A stretch of 64,000 nucleotides of DNA from an uncultured delta proteobacterium. GTDB lineage: Bacteria > Desulfobacterota > Binatia > UBA9968. Made by a program: the position numbers and the translations under genes. The stretch lies in NCBI GenBank assembly GCA_963737905.1, contig CAVTUQ010000034.1, positions 32,001 through 96,000 on the forward strand, read 5' to 3'. The notes beneath the pieces are model-generated. The model had not been told where the DNA came from. It made no database searches and saw only the letters and a program-made list of their open reading frames with translations. This document shows, piece after piece, positions 47,520-56,197 of the stretch (the first letter of the stretch is position 1; the number at the start of each line of letters is the position of its first letter).

Positions 47520-47831
47520 GAGCTTTCCTCCCGTGTTTCTCGAACGAATCTCGTAACGGACATTGCCGTTAGACACTCGCTGGTGTTAACTCAGGCGTTG
47601 GCATTTATTTCGCTAGCCTCGCAGAGGCCTATATAAAAAATGGGGTTTTTGCAACCACCCGGATCAAACGTATTGGGCGCGGACGTACTTGGAAATAATT
47701 GACACGGCGTCAAGCCGTTGTTAGGGTCGGTGGCAACCGACGACGGAGAAACGCCAGGCTATCGATCCAAAACAGGCTTGAGACTGTTCGTTGAGTCGCT
47801 CAACGCCTTTGGGTCAACAACTCATTGGAAC

Positions 47832-48560
47832 ATGGAACAAATTAAAGCGCTCTTTTGGATTTATAAGACCTGTCTAGTTCGCACGGTGGAGCTGGTTCGA
47901 AACAATCTGGGAATCATTTTTGCGCCGATAGCCTACGGATTGGTGTTGTCTGCCGCCGCGTTGCTGCTCGCGCCCTTTGGTTTCATCGGCGGGATGGTTC
48001 TTGGGGCGGTATTGGCGGCGTGCGCGAGTTCCGCGCTTTATCTTATTGATAATGTCGTTCGAATGGGCAAAGCAACTTTCCAGGACTTCGCCAGAGGGTT
48101 CACAGTTTATATATGGGACATACTCACTCTAGCGTTCATCTTCTGGATCCCGATGAGGCTCCTGGCCCAATTCGCCTATACAACCCCAAATGGTCCGTTG
48201 CTCTATCTGGGAGTTCAGATTCTCTTGTACGTCATCTTCAACGCTGTGCCCGAGCTGATATACCAGGGCCGTGTGTCAGGCTTGGCGGTTTTGTCGGCCA
48301 GCTATCAATTCATCGTGGAGAACTGGATCGAGTGGTTGTTGCCGAATCTCCTGGTTGGAGTGGCGGGTTACTTGCTAAGAGATTTGGTATACAGCGCGGT
48401 TGCGCGCTTGCCTTTTTTTCTTCAGTATTTCTTTGTCGAAGCTGCCTTTGGCCTTTTCCTCACTTTCTTGATGATTTTTCGCGGCCTGCTTTTTTCAGAG
48501 CTCAACGGTACTACGCGGCGCAGCCGAGTTTATCGCTACAAAGCGCGCTCATCGCAGTGA
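47832..48560 (+). CDS. Hypothetical integral membrane protein
   Basis: About 6 hydrophobic segments; FNAVPELIYQ...FIVENWIEWLLPN. Confidence 0.7.
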   Translation: MEQIKALFWIYKTCLVRTVELVRNNLGIIFAPIAYGLVLSAAALLLAPFGFIGGMVLGAVLAACASSALYLIDNVVRMGKATFQDFARGFTVYIWDILTLAFIFWIPMRLLAQFAYTTPNGPLLYLGVQILLYVIFNAVPELIYQGRVSGLAVLSASYQFIVENWIEWLLPNLLVGVAGYLLRDLVYSAVARLPFFLQYFFVEAAFGLFLTFLMIFRGLLFSELNGTTRRSRVYRYKARSSQ

Positions 48561-48615
48561 AAATGTCCGTTGTCGGAGATGAGGCCGCTGAACGTAATGT
48601 TCTGGCACGGCCGTC

Positions 48616-49821
48616 TCAACGGTAGAGCAGCACTGATTCCCGCTCTTCAAGCCAGGAATTTTCGTCGGGCTTTGCCAGCGCGTCGAGATCGGCGGGCAGG
48701 GCGGTAGGTTCATCGATCCACTGACGCAACAGCGCGCTTCCATTGATCAGATCGATGGCGAGTCGATCTTGTTCGTACTCATAGGGGAAGTCCCGCCAAA
48801 GATCATAGTCGGGTCGTAAAATCCGCAGGGACTTAAGCGCCAGCGCGATGAGCCGCCACGGCCGAAAGCCGGCGTGATCGTAGCGAGTGTCATCGACGTG
48901 GATCTGTATTCCTGCGCAAAGTTTGCCTCCGTGTTTGTGAAACGTCGGCTCGAACCAACAATCCCGCAGCCGGCAGCCAAGCATCCAGTCAGGCGCCAGG
49001 GATTCCATCTTAGCCACCAACGCGCGAGGCTCAAGATCCGGCGCACCGAAGAGCTCCAATGGACGAGTCGTGCCGCGTCCCTCGGAAAGAGTGGTGCCTT
49101 CCAGCATCACGGTTCCGGAATAACAGCGCGCCATCCACAGATTCGATGCGTTTGGACTCGGATTTACCCACGTGCGCTCGCCGAGGGGCCAACCGCACCC
49201 GGGTGCCCTCGACGGCGCCCAACCATCCATCGTCACAACTTTACATTCCACGTGGAGGCCCAGCGTGCTCACGAACCAACTCGCGATCTCTCCTAGAGTG
49301 AGACCGTGACGCATGGGCAGCGGTCCCGCGCCCACAAAGCTTTCCCAACCGGGGCGGAGGCGCAGACCTTCCACGGGACGTCCCACCGGATTGGGGCGGT
49401 CGAGAACCCAGACGGTCTTGCCGTGTTCCGCAGCCGCTTCGAGAACGTAACGCAGGGTTGTGATAAAGGTGTAAACGCGGCAGCCCACGTCCTGAAGATC
49501 GACGAGCAAAACATCGAAGCTGCCCATCATCGCTGCTGTCGGCCGGCGTACCTCGCCGTAGAGACTAAAGACCGGAATCCCATGCACGGAGTCACGGAAG
49601 TCAAGCGACTCGATCATGTTATCTTGCTTGTCGCCCCGGAGACCGTGCTGGGGACCGAAAGCCGCGACCAGCTCGATGTCTTTTAGCGCTCGGAGCGCGT
49701 CCAGGGAGTGGACCAAGTCGCGGGTCACTGAAGCCGGGTGTGCAAGCAGCGCGACACGTCGTCCTTCCAGCGGTTTTCTGAGCGCGGGTTCTTCCAGAAG
49801 ACGATCGATTCCTAACTTCAT
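48616..49821 (-). CDS. DUF1343 / exo-beta-N-acetylmuramidase NamZ-like protein
   Basis: FGPQHGLRG, FSLYG..RRPT, DLQDVGCRVYTF, LDRPNP, SEGRGTTRP. Confidence 0.85.
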   Translation of the reverse strand: MKLGIDRLLEEPALRKPLEGRRVALLAHPASVTRDLVHSLDALRALKDIELVAAFGPQHGLRGDKQDNMIESLDFRDSVHGIPVFSLYGEVRRPTAAMMGSFDVLLVDLQDVGCRVYTFITTLRYVLEAAAEHGKTVWVLDRPNPVGRPVEGLRLRPGWESFVGAGPLPMRHGLTLGEIASWFVSTLGLHVECKVVTMDGWAPSRAPGCGWPLGERTWVNPSPNASNLWMARCYSGTVMLEGTTLSEGRGTTRPLELFGAPDLEPRALVAKMESLAPDWMLGCRLRDCWFEPTFHKHGGKLCAGIQIHVDDTRYDHAGFRPWRLIALALKSLRILRPDYDLWRDFPYEYEQDRLAIDLINGSALLRQWIDEPTALPADLDALAKPDENSWLEERESVLLYR

Positions 49822-50447
49822 CGATTGCCAGTATAAGCAGGATCGTTGAAGGCATCCATATCAGAGGAGGGCTTGAGATCCAAAGTGAAGGCATCGGGGT
49901 GGTGAAAGTCAGGTTTGCCTGGCGGGTGCTTGAGCGCCCAATAGGAGAGCATACGGTCTTCGTCTTCGATCACCGCAGAAAGCGCGAGCTGCAACCACGC
50001 GCGCGGCGGTATCGCCGGCAAACGATCCACGCGAATGATGGCATCGAGATCAAGCCGGTCAGGCACGTTACGCGCCGTAACCCGAGGCGCCAGCTTGATA
50101 TCCCCAAGCCGTGTCCCATCGCGATAGCGCGAAAAGCTATAAGCAGCCCACTGCCCGGAGGGAGCGAAATTGAACTCGTAGTATTCCGCTTTGCCTTTCA
50201 CGGAGACGAAAGCTTCAAAGCAGGTGTGTTGCCACAGGCGGTCCGCTTTGCGGGGCGGCCGAGGCGGCGGAATCCGAAGACGCGTCAAGTCTCCCTTGAG
50301 AGTATAAGTAAGAGCCAGCGCGCCATCCCGAGTCCAACCCACACGGGCTTCGAGTCCGTGGACGGCCCGGCTGTATGTCTCGGGATGACAGGTGAGCTGG
50401 GTCGTATACGGTATACCGGGCATCGTCATAGTGCGCGCTTGCACCAT
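49818..50447 (-). CDS. DOMON-like domain protein
   Basis: LWQHTCFEAF, YYEFNFAPSGQWAAY, LSAVIE...SYWAL.H...PDFH. Confidence 0.8.
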   Translation of the reverse strand: MVQARTMTMPGIPYTTQLTCHPETYSRAVHGLEARVGWTRDGALALTYTLKGDLTRLRIPPPRPPRKADRLWQHTCFEAFVSVKGKAEYYEFNFAPSGQWAAYSFSRYRDGTRLGDIKLAPRVTARNVPDRLDLDAIIRVDRLPAIPPRAWLQLALSAVIEDEDRMLSYWALKHPPGKPDFHHPDAFTLDLKPSSDMDAFNDPAYTGNR

Positions 50448-50563
50448 TGTACTCGATGTTGGTGACGAACATCCAGAATAGTGTCGCGGAAATTGGTCTA
50501 TTAAGGTTGCTACCCGGATTCATTCAGCGATCCAGGGCTAGCTTGCCGAGGCAATGGGCCTCC

Positions 50564-50626
50564 TTCAAGGTTCAAGGTTGACGAGAACTGCCTGTCTCTT
50601 TGAACTTTGAACCTGGAACATTGAAC
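50564..50626. repeat. Inverted 7-mer arrays
   Basis: TTCAAGG TTCAAGG TT ... TTTGAAC TTTGAAC CTGGAAC ATTGAAC. Confidence 0.55.
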
Positions 50627-50636
50627 TTGCGCCTCG

Positions 50637-51710
50637 CTAGCGTGCCAGTACCGTTGAGAGCTGCACCAACTCTTGGTACCGGCTGCCCCATTTGTCGGCG
50701 TCGGGGACAAGTGTGTTGCGATTGCCAACGTCATCGGGACCGCCGGTAGCGAGTTCCTTGAAGGCAGGCCAGCGTTTTTGCCGGAAGGCTAGCTCTTGTC
50801 CCTTCTTGGACAACATGAAATCCACCAATAAGGCCGCGGCATGAGGATGGGGTGGTTCTGATGACATCACAAACGCTGAAACCGACTTAACCGGGATGAA
50901 TGGCTCGGGAAAGATGTAATCGACGGGTGCTCCTGCTTGGCGTAGCGACACCGCTTCGTGGTGATGGGCATCGATCTGCACGGGAAACTCGCCAGCCGCC
51001 ACCAGTTGGGAAACCAAGGTGCGCCCCTTTCTGATGTTTAAGTTTTGTCCTCCCAGGCTGCGCGCTACCTGTTTCCCCTTTTCGTCGCCATAGTAATCCA
51101 ATAGTGCCGCGAGCCAATCGTCGGCATCTTGATCCATCCCTAATTTTCCTTTCCACTGGGGTTGCAAGAGATCGTCGATGGATTTCGGTGCCTGTGCGCG
51201 AGTGACCTGCTTGGTATTGAAAAGATAAACAAGCAAAGAAGCCCAGATCCCGTTGAAGTAGCCTTCCTTGTCATAGAATCCAGCGCGGAGCCCTCTTCGG
51301 TAAGGTGTGTCGTAGCGGATAATAGCGTTGGCTTTTTTGAGCGTGTAGAGCGCGGAGCTCCGGATATTCAAAGTGTCATAGTTGTATTTGCCGGCGCGAT
51401 GTTCGGTCAAAATACGATTCAATAAACTCTGCGGGCCCGAAGTCAGCACTTCGACCTTTAGGAAGGGGTACTCGGCTTCGAAACCGCTGGTGAACTGGCG
51501 TAGATCTTCCCGGTTCATGGGCGCGTACCACACGACGGTCTTTTCGTTTTTCGCGCCCTTCACCAGGGCCGCTTGCCGCTCCGCCGGCGGTAGCCGGTTA
51601 ATTTTGGCTAGAATTTCTTCGGGCGTGGCGGCGCCGACAGCCGAAGCTTGGAAAACAAAAAACACCGGAACCGCGAGCATCCTCGAGCAAAGTCGGATCC
51701 ATCTCAACAT
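50637..51710 (-). CDS. Extracellular solute-binding protein (Fe3+/thiamine-type ABC)
   Basis: Signal peptide, DLLQPQWKGK, PHPHAAALLVDFMLS..GQ. Confidence 0.85.
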   Translation of the reverse strand: MLRWIRLCSRMLAVPVFFVFQASAVGAATPEEILAKINRLPPAERQAALVKGAKNEKTVVWYAPMNREDLRQFTSGFEAEYPFLKVEVLTSGPQSLLNRILTEHRAGKYNYDTLNIRSSALYTLKKANAIIRYDTPYRRGLRAGFYDKEGYFNGIWASLLVYLFNTKQVTRAQAPKSIDDLLQPQWKGKLGMDQDADDWLAALLDYYGDEKGKQVARSLGGQNLNIRKGRTLVSQLVAAGEFPVQIDAHHHEAVSLRQAGAPVDYIFPEPFIPVKSVSAFVMSSEPPHPHAAALLVDFMLSKKGQELAFRQKRWPAFKELATGGPDDVGNRNTLVPDADKWGSRYQELVQLSTVLAR

Positions 51711-51737
51711 GGTTCACCTCCGGCTTACAACGATTTT

Positions 51738-52238
51738 CTAGATCGGTCCATCGAGCCGAAAAGTTTTCCCCGCCAATCGCGCCACGGGGGGCGCCTGATC
51801 GTCAACGTAAGATGCGAGGGCCTCGCCAACGAATAGAAACAAGCCTTCCAACGCTATTGTGTTAACGACGCGGCATTCCACGTTGGCATGGCAACCCGCA
51901 ACCAAAGGCGCTTGCACGTGTTTTGCCGGCAGAGTGTCTAAGCCGAGAGCGACGAACTTGTCCTCGACGTTGCGCCCTGAAAGATCCCGGCTTCGATCCA
52001 CGGCATGAAGCTGATCCTGCGAGCAGACGTTGACGACGAACTCTCCGCTTTTTTGGATCATGTCGCGGCTGAAGTTCTTGTCCTGGATACCGATGACAAG
52101 CAGCGGCGGCTCATCGGAGATTCCTAGCGCGCGGAAGGCAAACTGTACGTTGCGCTTTCCCTGCCAAGCCGTGGAAATGAGATAGAGACCGGTGAGAGTC
52201 GTGCGATAGGCCTGCGGCAGCGCGACTTCACGTAGCAT
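51738..52238 (-). CDS. Flavin reductase family protein
   Basis: PPLLVIG, GEFVVNV, SGRNVEDKF, ANVECRV. Confidence 0.85.
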   Translation of the reverse strand: MLREVALPQAYRTTLTGLYLISTAWQGKRNVQFAFRALGISDEPPLLVIGIQDKNFSRDMIQKSGEFVVNVCSQDQLHAVDRSRDLSGRNVEDKFVALGLDTLPAKHVQAPLVAGCHANVECRVVNTIALEGLFLFVGEALASYVDDQAPPVARLAGKTFRLDGPI

Positions 52239-52352
52239 TTGACCTCCTCGCGATCACTGCGCGTGCATATCCAAATTTCTGTACCAACGCTTTACCCCCC
52301 TGACCGTCCTTTTGATGGCTGCAATAATTCTGTTCCGTGACCTGAAACCGAC

Positions 52353-53186
52353 CTACTCCATACCGTCGGTGATAAATTGGATTACGTAGCCCGCCGGATC
52401 GTCCATATAGGTTCCTCCCTGGCCTTCATGCCGTTCTTTAGCCGCGCCACGGTCGCCGTTGGGAATTTTTAACTCTTCCAGGCGTATAAGCGCGTCGCGC
52501 CATTTTGCGGCCGGCACGTAAAACGCGATATGGGGACCGGGTACCTTGCGGCTCATCACCAGACCCTTGGATGAAAAAGGCGCTTGGGTAAGCATCAAAG
52601 TTTGTCCACTGGTCATCCTCATGGTTGCCTGGGACTGTGGAGCTTCGCTCCGACTTTGCATTTCAAAGCCAAGCACCTTTTCGTAGAAGTGGACGGACGC
52701 TGCTACATCGGGCGCTTCCAACTCGAGGTAGCCGACTCCGGTCATCCGGCCGTCCGCAACCCTCGAAGCTGCCGCGGAGTTTTGCGGCGTATAGACCGCA
52801 TAATGATTGCCCGCTGGATCGGTGAGAAAGAGCGTCTGCTTGGCAAAGGAGTGAGCATTCTGAACCGGCCCGTCGAAATGCGCACCCAGATCGTTCAAGT
52901 CTTTTGCTATTTCTTCGAGCCCGTGCTCCGTTGTCGTGAAGGAATAGGTGGGTACGCCCCGCGCGCTGGCGGACCGTGGACGTTCTTCGCTCTGGAGATA
53001 CACGCCCATTCGCTTGCCACCGATTTGAATAAACGTGTGCGGTACCGCCCCGCGCCTGCGCTGGCGAACATTCAATCCATTGCGACGTGCAACTCGGCCA
53101 CCGAAAACTCTGATATAAAATTCTTCGGCGATGACCAGGTCATCCACGGGAACAACGAAATGATCCAACGATTGGGCTACCGTCAT
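52353..53186 (-). CDS. Two-domain VOC family protein
   Basis: LDHFVVPV, DPAGN, HIAFYV, DDPAG. Confidence 0.8.
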   Translation of the reverse strand: MTVAQSLDHFVVPVDDLVIAEEFYIRVFGGRVARRNGLNVRQRRRGAVPHTFIQIGGKRMGVYLQSEERPRSASARGVPTYSFTTTEHGLEEIAKDLNDLGAHFDGPVQNAHSFAKQTLFLTDPAGNHYAVYTPQNSAAASRVADGRMTGVGYLELEAPDVAASVHFYEKVLGFEMQSRSEAPQSQATMRMTSGQTLMLTQAPFSSKGLVMSRKVPGPHIAFYVPAAKWRDALIRLEELKIPNGDRGAAKERHEGQGGTYMDDPAGYVIQFITDGME

Positions 53187-53255
53187 AAACCAGTAAACCT
53201 CCGTCTGTCTAGATTGAATTTTCTATCAAGCGCGCTCTTTTGCTGTCAAGGTAGA

Positions 53256-54287
53256 TTAATCCAAGCCGTAAAAGCGCGCCGGATTGGCAAATAGAATCTT
53301 GTCGATGACCTTCGGATCGATCTCGCCGTTTTCTTTGAGCCGCGCCAGGGCCAGCAGCTCGCTGGCGTTGTCGGCATGGCCGTAATCCGAGCCGATCATG
53401 AGACAGTTCTCACCGGCGTACTTGAGCACGTAGGGGAGGTCATCGTCGGTCTGGCAAGCGACGAACAACTGATTGCTGCCGCTGAGCACGTCGGGCCTCG
53501 CCTGCTTGCCCTCAAGTTTGGGAAATCGCAGGTTGAGGTCGTGAACCAAATAGGGGACCCACTGCGCGGCGACTTCGATAGCACCGATGCGGATCTTGGG
53601 GAAACGCTCCGGAATCCCATTCAAAATCATAGAATGAAAACCGCCGATCACCATGAGCTTCGCCACGCGGAATGGCTCACCGTTGAGGATCTCGTTGACC
53701 GTGAAGTTGCCAATGCCAGAATGAATCCCGATGGGCAAGTTGAGCCGGCTCGCTTCTTCATACAAGGGAAAGAAATAGGGATCGTGCAGGGTGTGGTTGG
53801 TTTCGATCCCGCGCATGAACACCGCGCAGGCTCCGTTGCCACGCGCCCAACGGAGCTCCTCCAGCGACTTATCCATGGTCATCAACGGTAGTTGCACCGC
53901 CCAGCGCAAGCGGTCTTTAGCCTTCGACCAGATATCCGCCATCCAGCGATTGTAAGAACGGCAGAGAGCGAGCTCGATCCGAGGATTGTCCGTGACCGGG
54001 CGCAAGAAAAGGGTAGGATAGAGGACTTGAACACTCGTGCCGATTTCGTCCATGTGTTTGAGGCGCGAGTCGATATTCGCCATTTCGCGGGACTCCTTCG
54101 ACGTGTCCTGACCGATATTGTCACGCCCGCCGATCAAACGTCCGCCGATGATCCAAAAATTCTGTGTCTTGCCGGAGGGCATATCAACGGTGATGGGCAC
54201 TGGCCGGTAACGGCGGTCGCTGCCTTCCAAGTAGTCCCAGGTTTTCTCCGTTTCGATGACGTGGGCGTCGGCATCTATCGATAACAT
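53256..54287 (-). CDS. Amidohydrolase family protein (amidohydro_2)
   Basis: IDADAHVIE, QVLYPT, YNRWMAD, IGIHSG, GSDYGH.D. Confidence 0.9.
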   Translation of the reverse strand: MLSIDADAHVIETEKTWDYLEGSDRRYRPVPITVDMPSGKTQNFWIIGGRLIGGRDNIGQDTSKESREMANIDSRLKHMDEIGTSVQVLYPTLFLRPVTDNPRIELALCRSYNRWMADIWSKAKDRLRWAVQLPLMTMDKSLEELRWARGNGACAVFMRGIETNHTLHDPYFFPLYEEASRLNLPIGIHSGIGNFTVNEILNGEPFRVAKLMVIGGFHSMILNGIPERFPKIRIGAIEVAAQWVPYLVHDLNLRFPKLEGKQARPDVLSGSNQLFVACQTDDDLPYVLKYAGENCLMIGSDYGHADNASELLALARLKENGEIDPKVIDKILFANPARFYGLD

Positions 54288-54323
54288 CGGCAAACCTCCA
54301 GAAACAAAATTTTACGAGTGGAT

Positions 54324-55343
54324 CTACAGCGCATACAGGGCCCGTGGATTGTCATCGAGAATCTTGTTGATGACATGCGGAGCCAAATTGCCTTCACGTC
54401 TGAGCTTGCGCAGCGCCTCGATCTCGCTGGCGTTGTCGGAATGACCATAGTCGGTACCGATGACGAGCGCATCTTCCCCCGCATAGCCGAGGATGTAATC
54501 GAGGTCGTCATCGGTCTGGCAGGTGACCCAAACCCGTTTGTCCTTTAGGACACTTTTGCTCAACTGCTTGCCTCGTCGCGCATGGCGGCGAGCCAAGTCA
54601 TGAATCGCATAGGGGATCCATTGGGCGCTGACTTCGATGATGCCGATGCGCAACTGGGGAAACCGCTCCGGGATGCCGTCATTGACGAGCGAATGAAACG
54701 CGCCCACCACGGCGAGCTTGAATTTGCAAAAGCCCGGCTCATCGAGAAAAAAGTCGTGCGACTCAATGCTTCCGTTCGCCGAGTGAACGCAGATCGGCAA
54801 ATCGAGTTTGCTCGCTGCTTGATACAAAGGGTAGAAATAGGAATCGCTGAGCCGCCGGTCGGCTTCAAGCCCTCTCAGATAGACCCCGCAGGCCCCGTGC
54901 TCTTTACCGAAGTTTAACTCTTCAAACACGCGATCCATGTTGAGCAGCGGCGGAACCACCACCCAGCGAAAGCGGTCCGGCGCTTGCTTGACGATGTCGG
55001 CCATCCAGCGGTTATAGCTGCGACAGAGTGCCAGATCGACCTCAGGACGCCGGGCCGTGGGAAAGATAAAGATCGTCGGATAGATCACCTGGATATCGAT
55101 GCTCAGCTCGTCCATATGGTTGATCCGGATACTGAGATCGCTCATGTTCCGGGCGGGCTCTGGTAGTGTTTTTTCCACATTGCTGCGCGGCATGAGCCTG
55201 CCGTCGATAAACCAGTAATCCACGGTAGGATCGCCGTTGGTCGCGCCGACGATTCTTGGGCGAAACTGGCGCTCCGACTCGAGCATATAGTCCCAGGCGG
55301 ACTCGTTCTCGATCACATGCGCATCGGCATCAATGACTGGCAT
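54324..55343 (-). CDS. Amidohydrolase family protein, paralog
   Basis: IDADAHVIE, QVIYPT, YNRWMAD, GTDYGHSD. Confidence 0.9.
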   Translation of the reverse strand: MPVIDADAHVIENESAWDYMLESERQFRPRIVGATNGDPTVDYWFIDGRLMPRSNVEKTLPEPARNMSDLSIRINHMDELSIDIQVIYPTIFIFPTARRPEVDLALCRSYNRWMADIVKQAPDRFRWVVVPPLLNMDRVFEELNFGKEHGACGVYLRGLEADRRLSDSYFYPLYQAASKLDLPICVHSANGSIESHDFFLDEPGFCKFKLAVVGAFHSLVNDGIPERFPQLRIGIIEVSAQWIPYAIHDLARRHARRGKQLSKSVLKDKRVWVTCQTDDDLDYILGYAGEDALVIGTDYGHSDNASEIEALRKLRREGNLAPHVINKILDDNPRALYAL

Positions 55344-55384
55344 CGCTTACACCTCCGTTTTTAGCAATATGTCTCCAGCGCTCC

Positions 55385-56155
55385 TCATCCTTCTCGTGGA
55401 AGCTCGTTTACCAATTGGCCATCTTGATATGCGACACACTGGCCACTCTTTTCCATGGGGAGCTCGGCCGCCAGCACAAACGCGTTCCCAAGAACGTCCG
55501 GGCCCGGCAAACGTTTGAATGCTTCCTCCGGAGCCGTTTCGGTCACGATCGGGACGCGGGGTGAAAAAGTGACCACGCAGATATTTGAATCCCTGACTTC
55601 CTCCGCCACATACCGCGTAAAGGTGCGAATCGCGTCCTTAGTCGCCATGTAAGTGCAAGCGCCGCCCGGTTTCACGCCGCCGCCACCGTAAAGGTTGATA
55701 ATATGCCCGGTCTTTCTCTTCTCCATGTGAGGCATCACGTGCTTCGTCCCTAGAAAAGTCCCGTAAAGATTGGTTTGCACCACCCGATTCCAGAAATCCA
55801 TCGGCATCTCACTGATGCGCGGCCAGCGCGGAATGCCCCAGGCAAAGTGCGGCACGATGGCGGCGTTGTTGATGTGCACATCGATTTGGCCGAATCTGTT
55901 GATGACCTGGTCAACCATCCGTTTCATGCTATCTTCATCGCGAACGTCGACCCGCAACGCGAGGGTTTCAGCCAGCTTGCCGAGTTCTGCGGCGGTTTTC
56001 TTGGCATTCTCTTCGTTGAAATCCGCGATGACAACCTTAGCTCCCTCTTGAGCAAATGTTTTGGCGGCATGCTTGCCGATGCCCTGCGCGCTGCCTGTGA
56101 CGATCACTATTTTATCCTTAAGCACAATCGAACCTCCTTCTGTGTTGCTTTGCAA
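55385..56155 (-). CDS. SDR family oxidoreductase
   Basis: TGSAQGIG, NNAA, YMATK. Confidence 0.9.
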   Translation of the reverse strand: MQSNTEGGSIVLKDKIVIVTGSAQGIGKHAAKTFAQEGAKVVIADFNEENAKKTAAELGKLAETLALRVDVRDEDSMKRMVDQVINRFGQIDVHINNAAIVPHFAWGIPRWPRISEMPMDFWNRVVQTNLYGTFLGTKHVMPHMEKRKTGHIINLYGGGGVKPGGACTYMATKDAIRTFTRYVAEEVRDSNICVVTFSPRVPIVTETAPEEAFKRLPGPDVLGNAFVLAAELPMEKSGQCVAYQDGQLVNELPREG

Positions 56156-56197
56156 ACAAAGTATTGGATAAGCCGTTTTTCTGTCAATCCGATCTGC

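Noticed and set aside
47599-47615. Sigma54-like TGGCAT-N5-TCGCT
   Set aside because: Weak -12 element, no activator sites seen, and far from the next plus-strand start.
11928-50626. CRISPR array among the intergenic repeats
   Set aside because: Repeats are 7-9-mer degenerate units or isolated palindromes, with no identical 25-40 bp repeats separated by unique spacers and no cas genes.
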